DNA of 64,000 nucleotides. Origin: Octopus vulgaris. Its lineage: Eukaryota. The stretch lies in the NCBI GenBank assembly GCA_951406725.2, contig OX597817.1, forward strand, positions 37,262,001 to 37,326,000. The letters run 5' to 3'. Of the stretch, positions 13,413 through 26,123 are shown piece by piece; the stretch's first letter is position 1, and every line of letters begins with the position of its first letter. A program made the translations under genes and the position numbers. The notes beneath the pieces were generated by a model. That model had not been told where the DNA came from and searched no databases. It was given only the letters and a program-made list of their open reading frames with translations.

Positions 13413-13690
13413 AGGCGCAATGGCCCAGTTGTTAGGGCAGCGGACTCGCGGTTTCGATTCCCAGACCGGGCGTTGTGTGTGTTTATTGAGCGAAAACACC
13501 TAAATTTCCTCGTGGCTCCGGCAGGTAGTAGTGGCGACCCCTGCTGTACTCTTTCGCTCCAACTCACTCTTTATTCCTGTTTCTTGAGTAACGCTACGAT
13601 GGACTGGCGTCCCGTCCAACTGGGGGGGACACATACGCCATAGAAACCGGGTCCATGAGCCTGGCTAAGCTTGAAAAGGGCGCATAAATA
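13413..13690 (+). mobile_element. SINE with family B head and V-domain-like 3' part
   Basis: Same head as the copy at 10126, then GATGGACTGGCGTCCCGTCCA (resembles the V-SINE domain) and ATGAGCCTGGCT; matches 47066-47362. Confidence 0.8.
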
Positions 13691-13847
13691 AAATAATATA
13701 TATATATTGTACTATGTTAAGAAGCGATGCACGATACCACCATTTTTTACTCGTTTCAAATATAACAAATTACTCTGGGTTGTTGTTAGGGTATCCATAT
13801 ATGGGGAGTCTGAACCGGCTATTTCGTACTGGCATATAGTCGTATAA

Positions 13848-14062
13848 GTTGTTATAAGGAAGTCAAATCCAATAGTGATATTTTGAAATTATTTAATGTG
13901 TGTGTTTCAGGCCTGCGTAATAACATAATAGGAAATAGCTGACAAAGGCATTACGTAATGGATGCATTTCCTATTATATATTGAGCAGACCTGAAACACA
14001 CGTATTAAATCATTTCAAAACATCATTATTCGGTTATTTGATTTGACTTCCTTGTTACAGCT
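13848..14062. repeat. Long imperfect inverted repeat (~90 bp arms), Penelope pLTR-like
   Basis: AAGGAAGTCAAATC...TTTTGAAAT...GTGTGTTTCAGG...ATAATAGGAAAT pairs with ATTTCCTATTAT...CCTGAAACACAC...ATTTCAAAA...GATTTGACTTCCTT. Confidence 0.85.
13936..14007 (+). ncRNA. Degenerate type I hammerhead ribozyme motif
   Basis: TAG-CTGACAA (CTGACGA with one change)-AGG...CCT-GAAA-C-ACAC-GTA-TTA. Helix I is only 3 bp. Confidence 0.35.
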
Positions 14063-14066
14063 GTGT

Positions 14067-14107
<41 letters not shown>

Positions 14108-14814
14108 TGTGATTTTCTCCTTAGATATACTGTTACATCATACCTAGGTAATAAATCAGAAAACGTCTGCTAGTGACTTTTGGAAAAGTTCTCATAAGAC
14201 ATTATTTTCTAATATGTTAAGCATGGTTAATTCTAAAACATTCAAAGAATCCAGTTTTGATAGTTTTCTAAAGTAATTCCAATTACGAATATTTCTACTT
14301 TCTTTTTGCAACAGTCAGCTTTCTCGATATATCTTTCCTCTCCATCTCTCTCTTCTATAATTCTCTTTCTCTTTCTTGCTCTTTCTTTACTTCTTCCTAT
14401 TCTTTCTTTCTTTTCCCATCTCGCCTTCTCCTCCTTCTCTCTCTCTCTCTCTATCTATCTATTTATCTCTCTATCTATCTTCTCGCACAATATATTTATT
14501 TTTGAAGATATTATTGTTTTTGTATGGTTCTTGATGTTGCGTTTTTTTTTATTCCATACAAGTTATTTTGTTGCTAAAAGCATAATTAAATGAAGCGTAA
14601 CGAAATTTTTATTTAGTTGAGAGGAAAATTATTGAGGTTTGTTTCTATTTGTTTTCTTAAATTTTCTTCTTTCCATTATTCGTCTTTTTCTCTAGTCATC
14701 TTTACTTTGATTTTCTTTTTATTGCTTCTTTATATATTTTATTTCCTTCTTTTCTGTTTGTTTATTACTCTACTACAACTACTAGTACTACCACTGCTCC
14801 TGTTGCTGCAACTG

Positions 14815-14960
14815 CAGGTGGACGAGTCGAAAAATCGATAGTGAATCGACAAATGCCTAGCGGTATTTTGCCATGTTCCCTTTATATCCCGAAGTCAAAC
14901 TCTGCCTAAGGTCGACTTTGCTTTCATCCTTCTTGATGAAACGAAATTAGGATCAGCAGC
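14815..14960 (+). mobile_element. Degenerate SINE family A relic
   Basis: AAATGCCTAGCGGTATTT...GGTCGACTTTGCTTTCATCCT. Confidence 0.55.
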
Positions 14961-15341
14961 AGTCAATGTCGGGTTCCATATAAGAGATAGATTTATCCTC
15001 ATAAATTTATGGCCTCTTCCTAAATTTGAAATCATTATTTTTGGCTTTTATTGAACGTGCTGGCAAGGCAGAAACAGCAATTTAAACAGGACTTAGAGGT
15101 ATTTTTGTGTCCATACCAGTATAATACTTGGCTGCATTTAATTGATTATGCATGCTCTCCCTCTCTCTCTCTTTCTCTCCCTCTCTCCCTCTCTCACCCT
15201 TCTTATTCAGATCTCTCTCGCTCTCTCACCCTCACTTTCTCCTTCTGATCTCTCTTTCTCACTCTCTCTTCTTCCTATGGCCTGTCTCTGTCTGTTGCTC
15301 TCTCCTTCTCTCTCTCTGTCCGCCACACTCTCTCAAAATGT

Positions 15342-15655
15342 GTAGCCTCAGAATCAGTATTAGTGGTATCAAGCACAGTACAAAGATCAGTGGGGACATG
15401 CAGTCCCCTTGGAAGATGTCCCTCCTAATTTCTACTGTCCCTAAACTTCTTCCATATGCTGATAGGTTCGTCCTCCAATTCGCCATACTATTTCCAAGCA
15501 ATCGCTCAACATTCGATGCAATACCAAATAGGTTCATACACTCCATAATCCAAGAACGTGGGCTCATATCGTACGCCTTACGATAGTCGATCCATGACAT
15601 GGCTAAGTTACTTTTCCTCTTCCTGCTGTTTCTAAGTTCAGTTTTGTCTATCAAT
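15342..15655 (-). pseudogene. Non-LTR retrotransposon RT fragment, R4/Dong clade
   Basis: Translation LAMSWIDYRKAYDM.P.SWIMECM...IRRDIFQGDCMSPLIFVLCLIPL covers RT motifs 3-4 (D..KAYD; G..QGD.LSP). It is adjacent to (TTA)n. Confidence 0.85.
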
Positions 15656-15696
15656 TGTTGTTATTATTATTATTATTATTATTATTAACATTATTA

Positions 15697-16246
15697 TGTG
15701 AGAGAGCAGTGCATGCCATCAAAGTGACACTGGGGTAAAATATACGAAGCCCAGTATACCTATCATGACTACCCGTCTGATAAGGGTACACTAGGCACAT
15801 GAATCACAACCATATGTGTGCGACATGGTGATCTCATATCAAGGTAAACAGCGCATAACCTTGCAGGAGGGGCCCAGTTAAAATTTTCTTCTGGTCGAGT
15901 AACCCATCCCTCTCAAAAGGTCCCTGAATAAGGGTCGTTTAAGGATGTTGAACGAAATACCCATGTTTCATGAGGTGAATTATTCAAACTCCAAAGAATC
16001 CCTCTCAACACATGGCTATGATGCTCCCCACTACTTCTGCTCATGATCAGAGATGCACATATCGTGAGCCACTAAGGGACATGCTCAACTGGTTAAGGTC
16101 AAACAACTGACAAGCAAATCTGTGGTATTGAGCAGAATATTTACTGTTGCCCATCTTTTATACCAAGACAAAACAATGTACATAATGACATTTTCATCAG
16201 TTATGATCAGAAGCCACGATTGCAACTGCCTGGTACTGCATCAGGG

Positions 16247-16250
<4 letters not shown>
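15697..16250 (-). mobile_element. Non-coding ~550 bp repeat embedded in (TAA)n; probably a non-autonomous partner of an R4/Dong LINE
   Basis: Bounded by (TTA)n runs on both sides. A partial second copy at 27971-28048 lies next to another R4/Dong 3' end. Confidence 0.5.
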
Positions 16251-16303
<53 letters not shown>

Positions 16304-16319
16304 CCAATGGTTATTACAT

Positions 16320-16702
16320 GCTAATCTAATTAGCATGTTAGTTACCCGAAGTTTAGTGGTAGCATGTTTCCTCTAATCAACAGAACTTTGATAGGATTCT
16401 CGCAGAATATTGTATGGTACTTTCCTGCAAATTCACAAATCACTTCTCAATTCTAATATCCTTCAACCTGGTATTCACAATGTATCCATCACTTTGTCTA
16501 ACACATGAACCTTAAAATCGTGCACATCTTACAATGTCTTCTGTCTATCCACAATCATTATTCTCCTCGCATCAATTGTATGGTCGATCCGTATGGGTAA
16601 CCCATAAATCCTCTAATTATCGTACGCCGTCACAGTTTCTGGTTCCAGTTCATAACATCTTTTCGTCACTTCGAATAGGGCTTACATGCCAGTGTACCAC
16701 TT
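16320..16702 (-). pseudogene. Highly decayed R4/Dong restriction-like endonuclease fragment
   Basis: The frameshifted minus-strand reading resembles VHW...YE.EPETVT..DN..I...PIR.DHTI.ARR..IMIVD; it ends near (TAA)n. Confidence 0.55.
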
Positions 16703-17088
16703 AACAACTCAATATCCAAAGCGCAATGAGGAGTCAGGTCCCTAAATCTGAGATTATGTCATTCATGTTGTTGTGATGTTGTATGTCACCTTTTATCAAT
16801 GTAAGAATACTAATTAAAATTCAAGATACCCTGCATCATATCTGAGTGACAGTGTTTAATTTATATATGCTTAATAGTATGTAACTTAGAGCTCCATTAG
16901 TCCAAGGTTTGTAAATGTACAAACCACGTCCGAACGTTCCGACGTGGTTCTCACGCCTACGAAACTTTGAGTAATGCATATCTAAGTCACATCCAGTTGA
17001 TATAAATACTTAACCTCAATGCTATTTCTTAAGTGTCCTTTTAATTCGCTTGCACACACATATCTGTCTCTGTTAGTTGTTTTATGTA

Positions 17089-17508
17089 TACTCTCTCTTT
17101 TTACTCTTTTACTTGTTTCAGTCATTTGACTGCGGCCATGCTGGAGCACCGCCTTTAGTCGAGCAAATCGACCCCGGGACTTATTCTTTGTAAGCCCAGT
17201 ACTTATCCTATCGGTCTCTTATGCCGAACCGCTAAGTGACGGGGACATAAACACACCAGCATCGGTTGTCAAGCAATGCTAGGGGGACAAACACAGACAC
17301 ACAAACACACACAGACACATATATATATATACATATATACGACAGGCTTCTTTCAGTTTCCGTCTACCAAATCCACTCACAAGGCATTGGTCGGCCCGGG
17401 GCTATAGCAGAAGACACTTTCCCAAGATGCCACGCAGTGGGACTGAACCCGGAACCATGTGGCTGGTTAGCAAGCTACTTATCACTTACCACACAGCCAC
17501 TCCTGCGC
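17089..17508 (-). mobile_element. SINE family C, full length (tRNA head, CORE-like body, CA/TA insert, CR1-like tail)
   Basis: Minus-strand head GCGCAGGAGTGGCTGTGTGGTAAG...GGGTTCAGTCCCACTGCG; body TTGGGAAAGTGTCTTCTGCTATAGCCCCGGG; tail GACTGAAACAAGTAAAAGAGTAAAAAGAG. Confidence 0.92.
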
Positions 17509-18522
17509 TCATATATGTATGAGCGTATGTATGAGTGAAAATGTTTGTGTTAATTTATGTTCAGACACATTAAAAAATCTGTGGTCTTTTGCTGTGTGGA
17601 ATGTAATAAGATAGTACAACTGCATTTTGATATACCTGTAAATTTTATAATTACACGGAGATCGTATGTTAGCTTTCATATCTCATGATTTATTACAATG
17701 AACAAGGCAGCACAGCTCAAGATAAAGTGTGGATCTCGAGAGAAAATTGATGAAGCGGTTAGATTTTATATTTTTCCCGTGTATATGTGTGTATTTTATG
17801 GTTTTTCTAAAGTGAAGAATACGAGAGAAATTGTAATCAATCCCATTGGTTAGTTTATCAACCGACGCTGTTGGTTAGTTTATCAATCTCCTTACTGGTT
17901 GCATTAAGCACACGAGCATATACACATACGGACGAATAATCGATGGCTAAATCGCTGGGATTTGCTAAATAGTTTTCAATATCGAAAGGAAAATAGTGCT
18001 TGTTCGAAAGATTTATATTCTTTTAAATTTCATAGAATGTTATTTTACTTCTAATTTTTTCATCCTTCTCTTTCTTGGGATTCTTTGTGTAAATTCTCTT
18101 GTAACATAAAAAAGTAATAAAAATACTTTACAGTGTAGCGTTATTTTTTTTTAATATGTGCATGGACATGATTCTTCACATTTAGCAAATGTGTGTATAT
18201 ATGAATGTTTGTGCACACATTTTTTTTAATACAGTTTTATATATGTTCTTTAAAACAAAAACAAAAAAAAACTATTATACGTGAGAAATATTCGGATATG
18301 TGTGTATGCTCGTCTTTTATGTATGTATGCTGTTACATGGTACACGGGCTTGTATGTGTACATTTGCCAGCACATTTATGCAGAGGTTAGTGAGATATTC
18401 TGGGAGATATGTATGAAGATATATCTAATATAAGTGGAGAAATTATTACGTGTGCATGTAGGGAGTTTTATGCATATATAGTGTGTTCGTGTTTCAAGTT
18501 TCTCCATATAACGCCATTTTCT

Positions 18523-18563
<41 letters not shown>

Positions 18564-19249
18564 ATACACACACACATATCATGTATGTATGACTTTTCTA
18601 TGTGTGGTGTTTTTTCTTTATCTAAATATTTTGCGCATGTGTGTATATATATACATATATATATATACACACATTTTTATATGAAGGGAATAAAGTGCTA
18701 TTTGTTGCGAAAATCCTTTAAATTATTCAAATTAACAAAAATTAATAAAAGTACAAAGAACAATATGAGAAGACCCGCAACAATAACATTAACTGCAAAA
18801 AATAATGAAGGAAAACAACAAAGAAAGCAAAATATCAAAATAAATTGTAAACAAACTACCAACAAACAATACTCATAAGAAATCATCCGAACGGAAGCAA
18901 GAAAAGGAACTACGATGCGGAAAAAAAATATCAAAAGTTTTAAAGTTCCTGACGTAATAAAACAAATATAATGAAATATTCCCTGCCCACACTCTGACGA
19001 ATAGCAATAACTACAGCATCAATGAAAAGCCACAGCAATGAAACGATAGTATCCAGAATAGTACTGAAGAAAATAAAATCTATGGACAAAATATATACAA
19101 AAAAAAACCAAAAAACCTTAGCCAAGAAAATCAACCTAAAGTGTAAACAATCCAAAATCGCACAAAGAAAATCTTTGTTTTAACACAAACATACACAAAC
19201 ACCCCACACACATACATACACAAATACATACACAAACACACACACGCAC

Positions 19250-19302
<53 letters not shown>

Positions 19303-20884
19303 CCTCTTTTAAACCTAAATTTGTTGAACACAAGCCACCAGTGAGAAACCCTTCTCCTAACCTAAACCAGTCCCACCAATAACAATAAGAACAACAACAA
19401 TATCAAACAATCACATTTTTCATTAATACAGTTAAGAGGTTTCTGTGTGTCAGAAAAAAAAAAAAAACAGGACTGAAAAACAAAATGGAGCTGATTTCAT
19501 TTGAGCCGTTTTCACGACAATCGACACGGAAGTAATTCTGAAAGCTCCGCTACCTCGTTGCCTTCTTCTTCAACAACCACTTCTGCTTACATTTCTTTTT
19601 CTAACTCTCCCCTTTTTTGTCTTCTCATTCTGCTACACCTCGTTCTCGTTCATCGTTTTTGCCCCACTTTCTTTTTTTAAAATTCTCTTCCATTTTCAGA
19701 TCGTCGTCCATCTAATTTCCCCCCCCCCCTTCCCTTTGCCATACACATACAATTCTGGCAACGTTTCTTTCTTCTTTTTTTCTAATTCTCCTCACTTTGT
19801 CTTCACCTTTTCTTGCTTTCTTCTTACACTTGTTTTATTTCGACAACTATCGTTGAAATAAATTAAATGAATAAGAAGATGGTGAAGAAAAAGTTGCTGG
19901 TGTTAAAGAAGCAGAAGAAGAAGGAGGAGGAGGAGACAAAGAAGCAAGGGATGATGATGGTGATAAAGATGATAAAGATGATGATAATGATGATGATGAT
20001 TATGAAGAGAATGAAGACGGTTATGATTATGTTGATGAGGAGGAGGAGAATGAAGAAGGTTATATCATTGGTTATGATGAGGAGAATGATGAAGAAAGAA
20101 GGGGAGCAGAAGAAGTGGACAAGGAGAAGTGGAAGAGAAGGAGGAGGAATCTTTTGCGTGTACGCTTGATTGTGTGAAGAGAGAGTGATATAGATAAAGA
20201 AATACAATAGAACGCAAAGAAGTTACAACAAACATTATTACAGCCAGCTTCGTAAAGTTTGGAACACAGGCAGTTTGAAAGGCGAAAAGAGAAACAGGCT
20301 TAGCCCCACAGAGAAATATTTGAATGAAATTGACAATTCAAATAGATCATGGTATTAGAGAGAGAAAGATAGATGGAGAAATAAAGTGACAGACAGATGA
20401 AAATATGTGTGCTTAGGAATACCAGAAAACTACCATTTGACCACTAAAATAATATGTCGAAGATTTTAATACATAAAACGTGATAAATATGAGAGTGAAC
20501 GATGGGGGGAAAAGAGAGAAAGATAGAGTTATAGTGACTGATCAATCATAAGTAAAAAGTAGGAAGCTAGCGTACCAGTATGTGCACATATGTAACTATG
20601 TTGGTGTTAGCATTTTCTTTGAGCGATGAATTATAATTACATCTGTAAAATTTGACTAGACTAGAAATAATTTTCATAGACAAAGATTAATTCTCTCTAA
20701 ATTAGGATAAGATCGTTATTTAAAATACTGATCATATCAAGTGGCCATCAAGGAAATAAAAGCCTTATAAGTATTATTATTAATTATTATTGTCTTTTCA
20801 CCTTGTGCAGTATGAATATATGAAGTGATTTTAGAGTCATGTTTTGAGTGCTATCTCTAACAAGGTGGTATCTCTTAGATACCC

Positions 20885-20949
<65 letters not shown>

Positions 20950-21774
20950 TCAAAAGGATATATTATAACACTATTCCACATATACAAAAAACAGCCATAC
21001 CAAGAATCCATCATCAGTTGCCCCATGGATATCATTATGATTTTGACACCTGGGCAGTACCATTCAATCCAGTGGTGTTAACAGCACTAAAAGAAGTGCT
21101 GTTTGAGAACAAACATACCAAAAAACAAAACACACAACTTTCAAACACACTTACCCCATGTACAACAGTATTCAATCAAATATAGTTAGGATTAAACACT
21201 AACTTTAAAATTAAACAACAAGAAATACATAAATCTATGTACATCTGTATCGGTATAAATAGTAAACCTACAAATACTAAATTATATATTAAACAGCGAC
21301 CAATCTTTAAGTCCATACAGATACTAACCCCACCAGTCTTCCATAGTTACTACTATAATAACAGAAAGTGAAAGATTTGTTTCAGTTCTCTTCAAAACAA
21401 AACCGCGATTGCATTTTATGAATAATATAATAATTATGAGTGAAATACATATTGCTTCATAATTCAAAAGTTAATTATAAAAGCACTAGATACTCTTAAT
21501 ATATATATTACCCTTACAAGCTATAATGCAAACTTACCAGAAACTAATGAAAACTATAAATTAAGAACTAATAAAAGTATATTTGTAATTAACTATCATT
21601 ATACAATTTTGCGACGATTAAAGCTAAATTAAAACTGTTTAAAAGATAATAAAACTACAGAGTATTAACACTTAAGACAATGCAAGAAGACTGATGGTAG
21701 TCTGTGTTGCAAAAGATTTGTCATATTTAGTGAAAGGCAAAGTATAAGTGCAGATCTTCACGGCAATATTGTTT

Positions 21775-21830
21775 CTGCCGCTGGCATGTATTGTGAGCGG
21801 ATTTGATAGACTGAAACTGAAAGAATTCTG

Positions 21831-21866
<36 letters not shown>

Positions 21867-22062
21867 GTGTATGGGTGTGTGCGTACGTGTGGGCGTGTGT
21901 GTGTGTCATCGCGTTTGCGTTTGTCCCTGACCACCGCTTGACAATTGGTTTTTGGTTCGTTTACGTCCACGTAACTCTGTGGTTCAGCAAAACAGATCTA
22001 TAGAATAAGTACCAAACTTTAACATAACTGGGACCGCCTAAAACCCCTCACGTATTGTATAT
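21775..22062 (+). mobile_element. Degenerate SINE family C (3' half)
   Basis: TTGTGAGCGGATTTG...(TG)n...ACCACCGCTTGACAA...ATAGAATAAGTACCA...ACTGAAACAAGTAAA. Confidence 0.7.
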
Positions 22063-23741
22063 CGTTTACTGAAACAAGTAAACTATATACAATATTATTG
22101 AAACCGTGGATACACCAATTAATAATAGCTTGGATCAAACACCAGTCTTGCAGAGAAAATAGCTGAAGGCTATATGAAGGTGACTTCCGGGATTTAGTTC
22201 GTCCCAGTGGTTTTTAACAATGTATTACAGGCTACTGCTTATAGTTCTATCCACTTCGTGGCACACCACTAAGTGGACTAATTAGCTGTAATCCAAGTTG
22301 TGACAAGATTTGATTACATAAACTGTCTAATTTTGGTTTCAACTGCTTCACTTGTAAGTTAAGCGCAACGGTTTCTTGTGAAAAACATTGATATTAAGTT
22401 CAATTTTAGTTCAAAATTCTAATGGATGACATGCTCAAATACTTATTATAGAACCCAAATATACATGTTTGAGAGGCAAGTGAGATACAACATACGAGTA
22501 TTCTCCTGTTGAAATATTTTCATTTTTTCATTAGGATCATTTAATTTTGTTTCCCTTATAGAATAGCTGTGGCATTTCTAACATCATATAAGTCTTGGCC
22601 CTGAGCCTAAATCCAATATTATCAATACTTGTTCAACTTCTTACATTTCTATTATAAAATCACACTTCCCTCTGCTATTCTGCTTAGTAAGCAATAATTA
22701 CAACACAAAGCTACTGACGTACTGATAATTTCAAGAGCCAATATCAACCATTTACATCTATGTTCAAAACCACAGCCTCTGAAACGATCTGTAGGAATTA
22801 AAAGTATTTAGACGTTATTTATGGCTTTTAGAACTGAATTAGTTTTTTGTTTCGTTTTTCTCTTCTTATTGTTTAATTGCTTTCCACAGAGACAATAAAA
22901 GATTCATAAGATATAGAAATCTGTAATGTCTGGCTGTATTTGTAAATTCTTTAACAAAATTAAATCCATTTACAATTCCAGCAGTAATTTCTTTTAACAT
23001 TTGCTGAAGTATAGAAATTGTTCTTTCTACCGGAATTTGACGCCAGTTTTTTTCATTTTTTTTGTTTTTTTTTTTGCAAAACTTGAATTTGTATATATCT
23101 TTTTCTTTTCTGGATGAAGACTAACAAAACATCAAAGAGGCATTAATATTCTAATTTACATATATTTGTGACTGTGAATGTCTATGAATGTATCACTAGA
23201 AACTAAAATTTCTTTTTATATTAGCAATATATATTGAAAGAAACGTAGATTAAGCAAGTATTCAAGCTAAGATTACGACGCCATTGCAGGCTAGACTCAA
23301 AGGTATTTATGTCACATACCAACTAATAACAATGACAAAACGTCACACGTCCTCCGGACTTCAATGTATAATAAAGTATACAATTCATGCTAACACATAC
23401 ACACATACACGCACAAACATTGAGGCTAATTTCTGCTGTATCGCCTGTTGCACTTCTGTGATGCTGGGGAGTGTACAGCATTGTGGGTTCTTTTCTGTTG
23501 TTGGGTGTGTGCAAACTTTTCTCGGTACCGTATTGTGCTAATGTTTTTCTCTTGAGGTGTGGTGCATGTGTGTGTATTCGTGCGTCTATTTGTGCCAGTC
23601 TAATGTGTGTACATGTGTTGATAAAAGTACTTCCATTTTAGTTCGTATTGCATGAATGTGTCTTACTATCGAAGCTCACTTTCTTAGTTATATTATATTC
23701 TAATGCATGTGTTTAATCTGAATGTGACTGACACGCAAGTG

Positions 23742-23772
<31 letters not shown>

Positions 23773-24046
23773 AATAGATAGATAAATAGATAGATAGGCG
23801 TAAACATATATATCAGTGGACACTTGTCTTTACAAGCCTCTAATATGTATTCAATTACATAAACCTGTGAGTAATAAATTTTATAAATTGCTAATATTTC
23901 ATATAGAGAAGCAATTACAGATCAATAATATTGATTTTCTATCATACATACATACATATATATATGTATTTCAAAATGTGACCTCGTGTGTACCGTTGGC
24001 GATTTTTTTTCCTCTGTCTTTCCTTCTCGGGATCTTTCTTTCTCCT

Positions 24047-24081
24047 GTTTCCGACGAAGAGCTCCGCTCGAAACGTTAAAC
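24047..24081 (+). ncRNA. Minimal type I hammerhead motif (U4C variant) in a Penelope pLTR-like fragment (~23978-24170)
   Basis: Helix I GTTT/AAAC; core CCGACGA-A; helix II GAGC-TCC-GCTC; GAAA; palindromic helix III (AACGTT); cleavage triplet GTT. Confidence 0.55.
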
Positions 24082-24165
24082 CCTCCTTCTTCCCTTCTTT
24101 CCTGAGCGTCCAATAATACTATATTTGTTCCACGTCCTCGCAGTGTTGTGTTTTCTTGTTTGGAT

Positions 24166-24214
<49 letters not shown>

Positions 24215-24445
24215 GCCAAAGAACCGCCCGATGCTAGACACCAGTATATATGCATTATCTAAGCGAAAGAAAAACAACTATTGACACAGCAACTTATCTC
24301 TCCAAACCTTAAAACTACAAACGCTTTCCACTTTGCTACAATGAAGGAGAATTTAGAATAACGAGACAATGATATGAAAATCCACAAATAAGCATAACAA
24401 ATATGTATCCTCATATTCAGCTGCCAAACGGATATCGCTGTGGTT

Positions 24446-24453
<8 letters not shown>

Positions 24454-24533
<80 letters not shown>
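24454..24533. repeat. (TG)n microsatellite
   Basis: Read directly from the sequence. Confidence 0.97.
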
Positions 24534-24535
<2 letters not shown>

Positions 24536-24536
<1 letters not shown>

Positions 24537-24700
24537 AGTAAACCATCGCCAAATCGAGTTTCAACTATCGCGCACTCAATACATTGCGGATTTTTCTGGC
24601 TAATATATGTAAATTTATATAGCGGACTCTTCAGTATATTGCGGGTTTCTGCGACCGACATGTATTTATATTTTTTTATATTTTAATTATTTCTGTAGTA
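24536..24700 (+). mobile_element. Possible pogo/Tigger-like DNA transposon end
   Basis: TA|CAGTAAACCATCGCC followed by repeated ATCGCG/TTGCGG subterminal motifs. I found no matching second TIR. Confidence 0.35.
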
Positions 24701-24914
24701 ATATAAGCACTTTCAAGCCTAAAAATGAGTAAATTAATAAATAATAATAGAGCAGAATACAGTATGACACATTAATTAAAATATATTAAAAGAAAATACG
24801 TGGTGTACAGTAGATGAGTAAACAAAGAATCGCATATACTGTATGGAAAATGAAACTCAGGAGGCAAGTGTGTGGTGATGCTATATTCCCTCCTTCCTAC
24901 ATTACACACATATA

Positions 24915-25402
24915 CACACGACCCGCCTGGTTTCATGACGAACGAAGGTAAGCATTGCTTTCTCGTGGTAGTAGCAGTTGCGAAAGAGGTTATATGGAAG
25001 ACCAGAGTGAAAGGTGTAATGTCAGACACCATGACCTCTGGCACCCCCTTAACGAACATCTTCAGATTCCATCTGAAGAGGAAGGTGGAGCTAGAGAAAG
25101 GGTGTCTGACAGAGTCTATATTCAAAAAAAGATGGATGCGTGTCGCTCGGATGCTGGGTGTGAAAGGCCCTGCATGAACACGCCATGATCACCTATCAAA
25201 AGGTTTCAGCTGAAATAACAGGGCTCGTGGGGTCGGCTATCCTGTTCTTTTATCTTCATTTGTTTATTTGTCCTTATTTAATTTTCATTGTAAATATTAT
25301 TATTGTAAATAACCCACCCGATTTTATTGTAAAAAGTCCCATGTTGACCCCAAACATTGTATTGTCCCCATCCGCGTTAATCCGTATGGATAATAAAGAA
25401 AT
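24915..25402 (+). pseudogene. 3' end of a Tx1/L1-clade LINE ORF2 plus 3' UTR
   Basis: EGKHCFLVVVAVAKEVIWKTR...LTNIFRFHLKRKVELEK..L.ESIFKKRW resembles Tx1-type ORF2 C-termini (A...IW..R, F...W). A T-rich UTR follows, ending at AATAAA (~25392). Confidence 0.6.
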
Positions 25403-25887
25403 TACACATATACACACGACCACCACACATGCTTACACTGTTCTCTTTTATGCCTGCTTCTCAACATAGAAACATTCTGTGTCATACATCTAGACGCTCG
25501 CACCTTCATAAATCCGCCTATGAAGAGTTAGAATACCAGATTTCCTTGTGGTGTCAGTCACATCACCTTCACAATGCTGCTTCCTTCTGCCTTTTAGTAA
25601 TTTGTTTCGTCGTGTTTTAATTTTTAATTTTATTGTTATTATTGTTTTACATTTTTATACATTTTACTTTCTCGGTATTATTCTCTACCTCTACTTCTCT
25701 TACGGAAGAAGGACTACCGTACGAAACGTTAACCTATTCTATGCTAGTACTATTATTACTATACTCATAAAACTTTTTAAAATCTTTTCTTTCTTTTAGA
25801 TATTTCTTGATCTCACATTTTACATGCGCTCATACACGCAGTCAGACACACAAATACACACTCACCTACATATACATACAGACAGAC

Positions 25888-25922
<35 letters not shown>

Positions 25923-25947
25923 AATTCCTGTATATGAATTGCATTTC

Positions 25948-25983
25948 CTTAATTCTTTATTTTCTTCTCTTTTGCAGGTAAGT
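25948..25983 (+). other. Candidate recursive splice site (3'SS immediately followed by a 5'SS)
   Basis: Branch-like CCTTAAT, a ~22 nt pyrimidine tract with no upstream AG, then TTTTGCAG|GTAAGT. Confidence 0.5.
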
Positions 25984-26063
25984 CTACTGCAGTTCTGAAC
26001 TTCATTTCGGTGATGTACACCATTCAATTGGAATGATTTTTAACACTCTCTCTTTCATTTGTG

Positions 26064-26123
<60 letters not shown>

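Noticed and set aside
16195-16250. CCTGGTACTGCA / ATCAGTT resembling U2 snRNA segments
   Set aside because: Only short scattered matches; the U2 5' end and branch-pairing GTGTAGTA are absent at this locus.
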